DNA of 64,000 bases from Candidatus Binatia bacterium (GCA_038245295.1 JBBRSP010000006.1:174021-238020), one strand, 5' to 3'; shown: positions 1-8,999, counted from the stretch's first letter. Made by a program: numbers and translations. Notes: a model not told the origin generated them from the sequence alone.

Positions 1-28
1 TCGGAGCTATGTGGTCGGATTGTCGAGT

Positions 29-940
29 TCATCGGGATGGTGAGGGCAATAGCCGCGCATCGGGCGGACCTTTGCCCCTTGTGCTGCGGACGTTTTCTCC
101 CGGCGTCCCTTCCTTACTGTAGGGAAGTCCGGCGAGCTCTCGTAAGGAATGCGGCACCGCGCTCGCGGCCGCTCGCCAGATCGCTCCCGTGGGGTCGCTC
201 GTCACATCGTGCAGCGAGGCAAACCACACCGGGAGGGACGCGCGCACGTGAGCCACTCGCGCCCGGTAGCGTTCAAGCCAGACGGGATCGTGTCCAACGA
301 CGAGGACGATTTCCGGTGTGTCGCTCGGCTGCCAGTGGCTCGCCGTATAGCCGTATACCTTCTTCAAGAACCGCTGCGGTGTTCTCGTCTGATGTTCGAC
401 CTCGAGAGCGAACGTTGCGTGGACCTGATCGTCCCAGCCTACATCGAAGTGCGCGTCGGGAACGATTCGTCGAAGGCGCGGCGTGCGCAGTTCCCAGTCA
501 GACCGCCACGACAGGATCGCTCCGCCGGTTGCATCGAGCCCCCGCGCCAGGTGCACGCGGACCGTGTTGATCGCGAGGAGGTGCTCCAGGTTTCGGTCGA
601 GGCCCCGTGGGACGCGGTAGCGCTCATCGGCCGCTCCTTCATTTGCGAGAACCAGTCGTCCCGAGTTCGCTAGACTATAGACGTTGTCTCCCGAGAGGCT
701 GCGTACCCACACGCGCACAAGGCCTGCGTTGAGCAATCGGCGCAGGCACTTGTTCGTCGCGGATCGCGTGCCGAAGCACATGGTCTGGATCTGCGTCGTT
801 GTGAGGAAGCGCATCTTCGCCAGTGCTTCGAGGAGCCACTGATCACGATCGGTCAGGCGCACACGCGCCGCGTTTGCTCGCTTGAGTGTGCGGCGAGTGC
901 GGCAGCACTTTGACAGCAAAGCAATCGGTGTCTCGATCAT
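29..940 (-). CDS. Replication-relaxation family protein (wHTH N-terminus). ATG at 940 overlaps the stop of the upstream Zn-ribbon gene (ATGA). A longer alternative start lies at 985.
   Basis: N-terminal motif LTDRDQWLLEALAKMRFLTTTQIQTMCF...NKCLRRLLNAGLV is typical of the Replic_Relax family of actinobacterial plasmids/ICEs. It is the last gene of a coupled minus-strand operon. Confidence 0.6.
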   Translation of the reverse strand: MIETPIALLSKCCRTRRTLKRANAARVRLTDRDQWLLEALAKMRFLTTTQIQTMCFGTRSATNKCLRRLLNAGLVRVWVRSLSGDNVYSLANSGRLVLANEGAADERYRVPRGLDRNLEHLLAINTVRVHLARGLDATGGAILSWRSDWELRTPRLRRIVPDAHFDVGWDDQVHATFALEVEHQTRTPQRFLKKVYGYTASHWQPSDTPEIVLVVGHDPVWLERYRARVAHVRASLPVWFASLHDVTSDPTGAIWRAAASAVPHSLRELAGLPYSKEGTPGENVRSTRGKGPPDARLLPSPSR

Positions 941-1260
941 ACGCTCTGCACCGGGTTCTTGAGACCAACCCCGCATACCTGGCACGGAATGAAGGGCGGA
1001 GCGGCGCCGCAGACGGCGCAGCGCGTGAACGCAAAGCCATCAAACACGTATCGACAACGCCCGCATTCGAAACGACCGACCAGACTAACTGGCGAACCGC
1101 ATCCGAAGCAGGGCAACGCGTCCCGACGGGTCAGCACAACCGCGCCAGCGAGTTGCTTGGTCCAGCGGTAAAGACGACTCGCCACGCCGAATGGTAGCAG
1201 CACCGCCCAAAGGGCGAGCCGGATGGTCAGCAAGAGCGAGCGGAACATCAGATCTTCCAT
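937..1260 (-). CDS. Small membrane-anchored double zinc-ribbon protein (107 aa)
   Basis: Internal start MEDLMF at 1260-1258 overlaps the ATPase stop (TGATG). One TM helix is followed by four CxxC pairs (CFGCG, CGRC, CAVCG, CQVCG). Confidence 0.45.
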   Translation of the reverse strand: MEDLMFRSLLLTIRLALWAVLLPFGVASRLYRWTKQLAGAVVLTRRDALPCFGCGSPVSLVGRFECGRCRYVFDGFAFTRCAVCGAAPPFIPCQVCGVGLKNPVQSV

Positions 1261-2867
1261 CAGCCGAGTCGTGGCCTTCCCCGCCGAGTTGGCGGAACGG
1301 GCTCTTGAGACACGACGACGATCGGCGGCCGAACAAGTTCCCGGAGGCGAGCTTTCCGCGCGGTGAGTTGGCGACGCAACACTTCTCTCGGGACGGCGAA
1401 ACCGCCGTGGTCGATCCCCTGTTCCCTGATGAACGCGTCGAGCCGGTTCGCGGAGATCCCGATCCGCTCGTGTGGGGGCACGAAGTCCGCGACTCGAACT
1501 TGGACTGCACGGTATGGTTTGCGACGATCGTACCAGTAGCACATGCGGTTCGGCAGCCGCTGTAGTTTCTCCATCAAGTGACGGCGCATTTCGCTGCGAC
1601 TGGGAACCTCCCCTGAGCGGCGCAGGGCGCTTCCCACCATTTCCGGGTCGACGTCGGGAAGGAAGTCACCGAAGAATTCGGCGTTCCGCCCCGACGTCCG
1701 AAACAGCGCCATGAGGTCGCAGTTCGCAAGCATCGTCTCCCGGAGCGCCGGCGGCACTTGCGAGAAGTTGTGCATGACGAGTGCCAGGTGCACACCGAAG
1801 CTCCGAAGCGTCGTGAGTGCCGTCGCGAAGCGGTCGGCCAGCGCCGGGGCGGCGAGCAGGTGGAAGAATTCATCGAGGACGACGAGGTACGGACGATGTT
1901 TGCCTTCCGAGGCATAGGCCGCCTGGAACAACAGCTGAAGCAGCAGGCTGCCGAGCAAAGCCACCACCTCTTCTGGAATGCCGGCACCTTTGCCGAGAAA
2001 TACGAGCAAAGGATCACCTCGTGAGATGACGTCGCTCAGATCGATGAGATCGTCCGCCCCGAGCATGAGGCGGACGTTCTCGGCGAGCAGCAATGCCTGC
2101 AGCCGAGCGGTGAGCGCATGCTTCGACGTCTCCGGGAGAATCGCGTACGTCCGAAAGAAGAACTCCTTCAGGCGTTGGTCCGCCGACCGCTCGACGAGCA
2201 CACCGCGCAGCACGTCATCTTCCAGGACGGCAGGCGCCTCGACGAGCGACAGACCGGCCTCGGTGAGGAGCATCACCAAGTGACGGAGGATGTTCTCCAT
2301 ATGAATACTAAGCGAGGCCTCAAAGAGACGCGCGAATGCCAGGGTGACGTCGTAGGCCTGCACTTCGGCCGTCGATCCGGATGGTACCCGGCAGATGTTC
2401 AAAGGCGGCAGCGCATCGCTGAATGGGTTGATGATCGCGAGTCGCTCAATGAAGGTGGTGCGATCCCCTGGGTTCATCTCCCACGCGATTGCGGCAGCTG
2501 ACTGCAACACCATGTGAAAGAATCCCGACTTGCAATCGACGACGCCGATCGGTCGTCGTACCGAGAGTGCCCAGTCGACGCACGACGTAACGAAGGTCGT
2601 CTTGCCAGTACCGGTCCCACCCTGAACGAGCCAGTGCGCGGCGAAATCATCCGGGCTGAGTCGTAGACGCACCATTTTACCGGCCGCGTCGCCCGCCGTG
2701 CCAATCTGCAGCGCAAGCTCTTTATCCTGACTAGTTGTAACAAAAGCGTCGTAGTCACCGACGGCTTCGCGAAACACCCGGGCGCTCGCCCTTGCCACCT
2801 CGGCTCGTGCCTTCTGGCGATCACGCGCATGGCCGCGCGCGACTTGAATCCAACGCTCAAGTGCCAT
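1260..2867 (-). CDS. FtsK/HerA/TraD (VirD4)-superfamily P-loop ATPase, type IV coupling-protein-like
   Basis: Walker A GGTGTGKTT, Walker B LVVLDEFFH and a VVDCKSGF motif resembling T4CP DPKG. Paralogous to the 37685-38950 ORF. Confidence 0.6.
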   Translation of the reverse strand: MALERWIQVARGHARDRQKARAEVARASARVFREAVGDYDAFVTTSQDKELALQIGTAGDAAGKMVRLRLSPDDFAAHWLVQGGTGTGKTTFVTSCVDWALSVRRPIGVVDCKSGFFHMVLQSAAAIAWEMNPGDRTTFIERLAIINPFSDALPPLNICRVPSGSTAEVQAYDVTLAFARLFEASLSIHMENILRHLVMLLTEAGLSLVEAPAVLEDDVLRGVLVERSADQRLKEFFFRTYAILPETSKHALTARLQALLLAENVRLMLGADDLIDLSDVISRGDPLLVFLGKGAGIPEEVVALLGSLLLQLLFQAAYASEGKHRPYLVVLDEFFHLLAAPALADRFATALTTLRSFGVHLALVMHNFSQVPPALRETMLANCDLMALFRTSGRNAEFFGDFLPDVDPEMVGSALRRSGEVPSRSEMRRHLMEKLQRLPNRMCYWYDRRKPYRAVQVRVADFVPPHERIGISANRLDAFIREQGIDHGGFAVPREVLRRQLTARKARLRELVRPPIVVVSQEPVPPTRRGRPRLG

Positions 2868-2875
2868 CTCGATCC

Positions 2876-3166
2876 TCAGTGGTCGCGCTGCTCATGTCGC
2901 CGTTCGGCAATCCCCGCCGGCCGACGCACCGGTGGAATGCGGAGCGGCTGTTCATCCTCGATCTCCACATGCCCATGCCGCCGTATGGTCATCCCCGCAC
3001 CCAGGCATACCGCTACGATTCCCACGAGCAAGAGCCACGGCAGCACGACACTGATGACTAGAACGATTGCCTGGAAGGCGCAGCACATGAGCGGCTGCAC
3101 GATGAGCAGCGCCACCACAAGCTCGACCAGCGTGTCCATCGATGCCCGGCCGCGCTCATCGTTCAT
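2876..3166 (-). CDS. Small hydrophobic membrane protein (96 aa)
   Basis: Two predicted TM segments. Its start ATG overlaps the JAB-E1 stop (ATGA). Confidence 0.45.
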   Translation of the reverse strand: MNDERGRASMDTLVELVVALLIVQPLMCCAFQAIVLVISVVLPWLLLVGIVAVCLGAGMTIRRHGHVEIEDEQPLRIPPVRRPAGIAERRHEQRDH

Positions 3167-4605
3167 CCGGAGGCGCCTTCCGCGTGGCCGACATCATCCA
3201 GACCAGGGATGACCGGTGGTAACTCACTCCTGCTCATGCGGTTCGGGCGCCAGGTCGGAACAAGATCACCCAGACCCAGCCGTCCTTCTGCGCTGCAGTG
3301 CAAACACCCCTTTGTTTCCGGCACGGTGATTGAGAAGATCTCCCCTTCGAGTTCGCGATAGACGAGGTACGGCCGCGGGTTCCGGTAGGGGGCGACGAGG
3401 TTGTGCAGCTCTGCCACAGCAAGCGAGGCCACCACACCGTTTAGGTGGTACACCGCGGGCGCAGCTACTCCGGTCAAGTATCCGCGTTGCGTCAGAAGCG
3501 CCCGCTCCTCTGGTCGTGCCAGATCTTGTGCTGCACGCGTCGCGTCAAGCACACCTGCGCAGAGCAGGCACCACGCTCCCAGGGGCGGCACCACGACTTC
3601 GCCGCTGATATCGTCAAAGCGTCCGTCGTCGCCCACGCTGAGGTTGACCCCAGCGTGCAGAATCGGAATCAGATATTGCGCGGCCAAGGCGTTGAGCACG
3701 AGACGGGAAGCATCGTTGTCCGTGGCAGCGATCAAGACATCGCAACCACTGAGCGCCCTGAGCGAGCGCTCCGTGAACACGGTACAACGCAGCGCCTTGA
3801 TTTCCGCATCGTCGTCGATGCTGCGAATGTTTCGCGCCGCCACATCGACCTTGGCGATTTCTTCGGTCGCATCGGAGAGCGTGGTCGCGAGCAGTCGATT
3901 GAGGTTGCTGACTTCGACAATGTCCGGATCGACCAGCACCCAATCCCGCACCCCGAGTCGGGTGAGCTCCTCAACAATGACACTGCCAATGCCACCCACG
4001 CCGACAATTCCCACGCGCAGCGCTCGCATCCGCGCCTGAAACCCTCTCCCAAAAGCGCCGATCTGCCGATCGAACCGAGCGGCGTCGACCGCTGACAAGC
4101 CCGCATCCCCATCGAACATCAGCATCGCTCCATCGAAGGACGGCGACGGAATTCGAACCGGCCTCGCTTCGTCATCGCGCACCTCCCAAATGCGTGTGGC
4201 TGTGCTCGATGGATTGACGACGACCGAACCGTAAACCGTTTCAGGCAGGCGCTCCGCGAGGTAGGCAGCCATTACGAGTTCGTTTTGATCATCGATACAC
4301 GAGAAATCGACGTGCGGGCCGTCACCGGGGTGCGAGTGGAAGTCGACCTGCGACAAACCCTCTTGGGCGGCCAGTTGCAGGACGTGCTGCTGCACCTCGG
4401 GTCGCAGGGTCAGACCGCCCGCCGATTGATGACTGAATGCCTCAGGCGGCATGAGTACGAGGTGACGTCCCAGAAGCCTCAGTTGTGTGCCTGTGCGGTG
4501 CAGGCCGCAGAGTACGATAGCCATTTGCTCACGCTCTCGATCGTGGAGCAGGTGCGTGCGGAGTTCTCCTCCCATGGTTGGTGGAAGGACGATTCGATAG
4601 TTCAT
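3163..4605 (-). CDS. JAB/MPN(JAMM) deubiquitinase-like domain fused to E1-like ThiF/MoeB adenylyltransferase domain
   Basis: The N-terminus has a JAMM-like motif EG...FHSHPGDGPHVDFSCIDD. The central region has the ThiF Rossmann motif GIVGVGGIGS...VLVDPDIVEVSNLNRL. C-terminal CxxC pairs (CLLCAG, CLHCSAEG) are present. Start MNYRIV at 4605 is 11 nt after the E2 stop. Confidence 0.75.
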   Translation of the reverse strand: MNYRIVLPPTMGGELRTHLLHDREREQMAIVLCGLHRTGTQLRLLGRHLVLMPPEAFSHQSAGGLTLRPEVQQHVLQLAAQEGLSQVDFHSHPGDGPHVDFSCIDDQNELVMAAYLAERLPETVYGSVVVNPSSTATRIWEVRDDEARPVRIPSPSFDGAMLMFDGDAGLSAVDAARFDRQIGAFGRGFQARMRALRVGIVGVGGIGSVIVEELTRLGVRDWVLVDPDIVEVSNLNRLLATTLSDATEEIAKVDVAARNIRSIDDDAEIKALRCTVFTERSLRALSGCDVLIAATDNDASRLVLNALAAQYLIPILHAGVNLSVGDDGRFDDISGEVVVPPLGAWCLLCAGVLDATRAAQDLARPEERALLTQRGYLTGVAAPAVYHLNGVVASLAVAELHNLVAPYRNPRPYLVYRELEGEIFSITVPETKGCLHCSAEGRLGLGDLVPTWRPNRMSRSELPPVIPGLDDVGHAEGASG

Positions 4606-4616
4606 GACGGATGTCC

Positions 4617-5168
4617 TCAATTGTCGTTGGTCAACACGTCGCGCACGAGCGACAAGAAGGTCCACAGATTGTCGGAATCGCGGAAGTCGGCCGATGGCTG
4701 CCAACCGCCATCGTCAGGAGCCTTCGGCCAGACGCAATACCAGTGCCAACCTGCTGCCAGAAGATCGGGCGCACCATGAAATGCGGAGCTGGTGAGATGT
4801 GGATCACCCCCGCCGTCGGCCAGAGGAAATTTCCTGTCGAGATAGAAACCGAGTGGCGGTGAGATCGGGTAGGTCTGTGGGAACACGACTAAGAGCTGCG
4901 CCCAGCGGTGCTGCCAGCGTTCCGGGAGCGCGAACTGTTGGATGCGAAGCCAATCGCCGTTCGCTTCGTCGAAGTCGACGCCACCGCGATCGCTGAAACG
5001 CGGCGCGATCATCAGGACCTCGTTCTGAATGCGCGTTGTGCGATCGTCGAACCCCGAGGGGCCAACGGCAGCCCGGCGCGCTGGCGCTCTGTCGGGCGTC
5101 ACGTCGATCGCCGTATCATGGCCGTCTGGTATGAACAGTGCCTCAAGGACTCGGACGAATGTGCTCAT
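4617..5168 (-). CDS. E2/UBC-like ubiquitin-conjugating enzyme homolog
   Basis: UBC-like FPQTYPISPPLGFYLD motif (compare eukaryotic FPxxYPFxPPxxxF). A candidate catalytic Cys sits in WHWYCVWP. The gene lies between the Ubl and JAB-E1 genes, and the Ubl stop overlaps its ATG. Confidence 0.55.
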   Translation of the reverse strand: MSTFVRVLEALFIPDGHDTAIDVTPDRAPARRAAVGPSGFDDRTTRIQNEVLMIAPRFSDRGGVDFDEANGDWLRIQQFALPERWQHRWAQLLVVFPQTYPISPPLGFYLDRKFPLADGGGDPHLTSSAFHGAPDLLAAGWHWYCVWPKAPDDGGWQPSADFRDSDNLWTFLSLVRDVLTNDN

Positions 5169-5392
5169 GAAAACCTCCCCCTGGCCTGCCCTTTGACCCG
5201 CGCCGGCGCATCGAGAAATACGTCCCCGTCGTTGATCGGAACTCTGCTGCCCTTCGGGATCATGAAGTTGCCTTCTCGCGTTCGGCGCATGAGATTGCGC
5301 TTGCCGTCGATGTTGCCGATCCGACGGATATCCGCATCGGAGGCTGACTCCGGCAAATTCACCTGACGACCGTTGATGATTGCTGCTGCCAT
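5165..5392 (-). CDS. ThiS/MoaD-like beta-grasp ubiquitin-like protein (75 aa), no C-terminal Gly-Gly
   Basis: MAAAIINGRQVNLPESASDADI...IPKGSRVPINDGDVFLDAP fits the ThiS/MoaD pattern. A GGGAGA RBS lies 7 nt upstream of the ATG. It is the first gene of the coupled operon. Confidence 0.5.
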   Translation of the reverse strand: MAAAIINGRQVNLPESASDADIRRIGNIDGKRNLMRRTREGNFMIPKGSRVPINDGDVFLDAPARVKGQARGRFS

Positions 5393-5788
5393 TTTGTGTT
5401 CTCCCTTTTTGTGTTGTGCTGCTGTTGAAGGACTATCGGTTCCGCCCGCGGCGCTTCGGCGCGCCGCCGAAGAGTTGCTTGGCAACCTCATGGCCCAGCC
5501 CGCCAAGCTGTCGCGTCGCTTCGCCCTTGAAGCCTCGCAGTTGCCACTCGGCCTCGCGGCCAAAGCCGCGGAGCTGCCGACTCGCTTCACGACGGATTTG
5601 GCGAACGAGCCCGCTCCGTCTGTCATCGCCTCGCTTTGCCATTCTTGTCCTCCTCTCTTGTTTTTTGATCGGTCATGGCTCGCGTCGAAGCGCCGTACAG
5701 AACGCCTCACGTGTGACCGGATCCTAGAGCGGATTGAGAAAAGGGGTACGGTAACGACGGGGCTACGGAGAGGGATACTGAGGATAGG

Positions 5789-6658
5789 TCAAACGACCGC
5801 GAGGACGCGGCAGATTTGGCGAACGACGTCGGTGGCAATCGCGCTTTGGGCGTGCAGCAACTGGGACTCGGAGAAAGGGTAAGAGCTGGCCCACAGGACT
5901 TCTTGTTTCTTTGTGTCGGTCAACTCGACGTCGAGTCGAGCGACATCACCGTGCGCGCGAAGGATACCGATGAGCACGGCACAGACTTCGTCGGCGCGAA
6001 CGTCGCGCTGTCGGTTCTCAGCTTTACTGTGAGCTGCAATCTCGAGAACAGTGGCCAGATCCGCAGAAACAACTCGCAGTCCGCGGACGCTGGAAAGCTG
6101 CGCGAGAATGGTCGCACGAAAGCCGCCGGCCAAATCTGCGCCGAGTCGTTCACCTGTGGCCGCTTGGAATGCAGGCATGAGTAGACAGTGGTTGAACGAG
6201 ACGCCAGCCGACTCGGCCCGCACGAGCTCGCGCCAGTCCACTCGCCACCCGACCCGCACGCTCAACACGTCGGCAAGTTTTACCAGCGAGCCACTCGTCG
6301 CTCGACCCCCGCTGCGCCACTTCTTGATCGTGCCTTCCGAAAGAAGCCGGCTCTCGAGCGCCAGTCCAGGTTCGTAGAGGTCGATGATTTTCAAGCCGGC
6401 CTGTCGGCAGAGCGTCTTGAGCTTGGGGTAGTCAACGGAGTAGCCGCGGCGATGCTCATCGTTTGCTGTTGTGGTGGCACGCGATATCGCGCGCCCTCCG
6501 CCGCTCTTACCTTGTCGTGGTCGTGAAGATCGGGCAAGACGTCGTGTAGCCGCTCCCACCACGGTGGTTACTGGCGATACCGGATCAGGAGCGACGAACC
6601 CTCGCGTTTCGTGCCGACGCTGCGCCGGCTCGGCTCCTTCTGATGCACGACGGTTCAT
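5789..6658 (-). CDS. HTH (XRE-like) domain protein with an R-rich N-terminus
   Basis: LKTLCRQAGLKIIDLYEPGLALESRLLSEGTIKKWRSGGRATSGSLVKLADVL resembles a Cro/C1 HTH. It lies upstream of the Ubl operon on the same strand. Confidence 0.4.
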   Translation of the reverse strand: MNRRASEGAEPAQRRHETRGFVAPDPVSPVTTVVGAATRRLARSSRPRQGKSGGGRAISRATTTANDEHRRGYSVDYPKLKTLCRQAGLKIIDLYEPGLALESRLLSEGTIKKWRSGGRATSGSLVKLADVLSVRVGWRVDWRELVRAESAGVSFNHCLLMPAFQAATGERLGADLAGGFRATILAQLSSVRGLRVVSADLATVLEIAAHSKAENRQRDVRADEVCAVLIGILRAHGDVARLDVELTDTKKQEVLWASSYPFSESQLLHAQSAIATDVVRQICRVLAVV

Positions 6659-7743
6659 TGCCTGGCCTCCTTCCGAGGGCGAGTACTTTGACGGCGAGAC
6701 GTTTGTCTCCTCGTGGAGGATTTTGGGGTCTTTCCTCTAGGTGACGAGACAGGGGCGATATGAGGGGCCTTCGGAACATCGCCAACGTCTGGAACCGCGG
6801 CGATTTCATCTATGCTCGACGGCGGTAGCAAGGTGACCTCTTCCTTAATGCCAGGACGCAGCCGTTCGGCGAGTTGCAACCTGCGGCGAAACCATATGCG
6901 GTAGTCGGCTGACGACGCTCGCGGTATCGCGTCCACGCCACTCGCGACGAGCCACCCGTGGGCAGCTGCGAGTGTGGCATTGAACTCCTCGATCAGTCCG
7001 TCGACCGGATCGTGTCGATCCAGCGGAAAGCCGCTCGTCTCGATTTCTTGCAGCAGCTCATCGCCAATCGGCAACAGGCGGTGAGTTGCGAATTGGACGA
7101 ACCGGAGGGGCTCACCCACGGCGTGTGGGAGCAAGTATGAAACGAGTCGGAAATTCGCGTCGACAGCGTGCGGGACTTCACCTAGCGCGAGCGCTGTCAG
7201 ATAGTGGTAGCGACGACATTCGTTCCACAGGAGAAACGCATAGGCGGCCTGCTCGTTCGGCAAGAGCCCTTGAATTAGTACGCCAGCCGCCGCCAACCGA
7301 AGAGCGGATTGGAGGTGGCGATCCAGTTGATCGCTGTACGCGACGACAACGATCCTTCTCTCCGGAAAAAACAGGGCGCCCATGCGCTCGGCTTCCTTTA
7401 GCGATCGCACAATTAGTTTGGATGGACCCATCCACGTCCACAAGCGATAGCGGCGATCACGGGTTTCAAAGAGGAGCGGAAGGTAGCGCACCTTCCGCGT
7501 CGAGCGCTGTTCGAGACGTCGCTCCTGTCGCAGAGCCTCTAGGCCGATCTTTCCGCCACCGTGAGCGCGGACAAATTCCGACCGGTAGACTTTCTTGTAC
7601 GCCGCCGAGTGACGCCGTCCCAAGCCGCGTTTAGTCACAAGCCTCTTCCTCTTCCTCTTCTCACCGCTTTCTGTTGATACCGGTCGGCGCGCTTCACGGG
7701 GTGAGGCGGGCGGTGGGTTATGTTTGTTGTCGTCCATCGTCAT
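6655..7743 (-). CDS. Hypothetical protein (362 aa)
   Basis: Long ORF with a 4-nt overlap to the downstream gene. No recognisable motif. Confidence 0.35.
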   Translation of the reverse strand: MTMDDNKHNPPPASPREARRPVSTESGEKRKRKRLVTKRGLGRRHSAAYKKVYRSEFVRAHGGGKIGLEALRQERRLEQRSTRKVRYLPLLFETRDRRYRLWTWMGPSKLIVRSLKEAERMGALFFPERRIVVVAYSDQLDRHLQSALRLAAAGVLIQGLLPNEQAAYAFLLWNECRRYHYLTALALGEVPHAVDANFRLVSYLLPHAVGEPLRFVQFATHRLLPIGDELLQEIETSGFPLDRHDPVDGLIEEFNATLAAAHGWLVASGVDAIPRASSADYRIWFRRRLQLAERLRPGIKEEVTLLPPSSIDEIAAVPDVGDVPKAPHIAPVSSPRGKTPKSSTRRQTSRRQSTRPRKEARQ

Positions 7744-7921
7744 TCAGGGAAGCCGTCGAGTGCTTCACCATTCCTCTACTCGACAAACTACAGCACGCGC
7801 GCATCGCGTTCGACGGCCAGAACCGGTTGGACCGACACAACGCGACCCTTGTCGGCGTGACGAAACAAGCGGCGCTACAGGTCTTCCTGAAGCGCCGCTT
7901 TCGTATTGCTGCCCAAGGTCG

Positions 7922-8464
7922 TCACCTCCGCGATGCAGGGTGTCGTATGGGGAGGGAATGGTTGCCGTCAGCTGAATAGTAGTAAGTAAGGGCGAAAGAG
8001 ACGGCATCGAAAATCGCCATCCGTTGGTCCTCGCTCATCCAGAGCTTGCGAATCGGCGGCACCGATACCGCTAAGGCAGGGAGATGTTCCGCAACGGTGC
8101 GGGCCATCCGGTCTTTGTTCGGTCGCTCTTCCCCTTTGAACATCTCGCGGACTTCCCGCGCCGAGACGATGTGAAGGTCAAGGCCAAGGTGGATGACGAG
8201 CCGCGAGATTCCTCGAATCAAGGCACGCGCGCGTCGTCGACGCCGACAGCTTGAGTCCGCGCAATTCTCAACGATGACGATGTCCGGTTGGTACTGCTGA
8301 ATGAGCTGGGTCACCTTCTGGAGTGCCACTCGTCGCGTACCACCACGGCTTCGACTCAGACCCCAATCTACAAGGTCACCCGGGCCTTCAAGGATTGCAT
8401 ACCCAAAACCACGCGAGAACGGATCCACCCCTAAGACCCGGCGCGTCATGCGCTCGCGTCTCAT
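7922..8464 (-). CDS. RuvC/YqgF-like RNase H-fold resolvase-like protein
   Basis: VLGVDPFSRGFGYAILEG...PDIVIVEN resembles the RuvC N-terminal motif (LGIDPG...G.A). Its start overlaps the upstream HTH gene stop. Confidence 0.45.
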   Translation of the reverse strand: MRRERMTRRVLGVDPFSRGFGYAILEGPGDLVDWGLSRSRGGTRRVALQKVTQLIQQYQPDIVIVENCADSSCRRRRRARALIRGISRLVIHLGLDLHIVSAREVREMFKGEERPNKDRMARTVAEHLPALAVSVPPIRKLWMSEDQRMAIFDAVSFALTYYYSADGNHSLPIRHPASRR

Positions 8465-8826
8465 ACCGATGCATCGTTATCGGTCTGATGCGCTCCTGCT
8501 GCGTTGGCGATCGCCGAAAGCGTCTCCAGTTTGCGCTGGTGTAGCGGACCGCCATGGCTGGTGGACAGACGTTGCACGAGCGCGTGCACACGTTGAATGA
8601 CGTCGCTCGTGGCCCGCTCATGTGCGCCCGCAAAGAGCCGCTCCAGCGGTAGACGAAAAATGATGGCGCACGCAAACATCGTGGCGACGTTTGGGTGGCG
8701 TACGAATCGCTCGTAGCGCGATACTTTGCTGCCATGTTGGCAGCCGAGCAGGAAGGAAACCTCAGCCTGAGACAGGCCTGCCTCCCTCCGCGCTGCCCGA
8801 ATGTAGTTCGGGAGCTTCTGAGGCAT
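8461..8826 (-). CDS. XRE-family HTH transcriptional regulator
   Basis: AARREAGLSQAEVSFLLGCQHGSKVSRYERFVRHPNVATMFA is an HTH_XRE pattern. Confidence 0.6.
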   Translation of the reverse strand: MPQKLPNYIRAARREAGLSQAEVSFLLGCQHGSKVSRYERFVRHPNVATMFACAIIFRLPLERLFAGAHERATSDVIQRVHALVQRLSTSHGGPLHQRKLETLSAIANAAGAHQTDNDASV

Positions 8827-8999
8827 AGGTTCTACTTTTAGAAACTGTCGCCGCAGGGATGCGGCGACAAATGAATAATCTTTTCATTGTACGATGGCCG
8901 CCAGCCTTGTTGGAGGATATCCGTTGTGCCGTCAGCGGCAACTTGCAACGAGAGCCTGAACGAAAAAGAAGGCAAGCGGGGATGCTTGCCTTCTGTGCT

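Noticed and set aside
3330-4112. Plus-strand and alternative minus-strand ORFs inside the JAB-E1 gene (3401-4039, 3445-4095, 3732-4112 and others)
   Set aside because: They are antisense or out of frame relative to a gene with strong JAMM and ThiF motifs.
5373-5882. ORFs 5373-5882 (+), 5380-5727 (+) and 5433-5642 (-) in the region upstream of the Ubl gene
   Set aside because: These are short, low-complexity ORFs in what is more plausibly the promoter/leader region of the Ubl operon. The first 106 codons of ORF 5165-5710 are likewise discarded in favour of the RBS-supported start at 5392.
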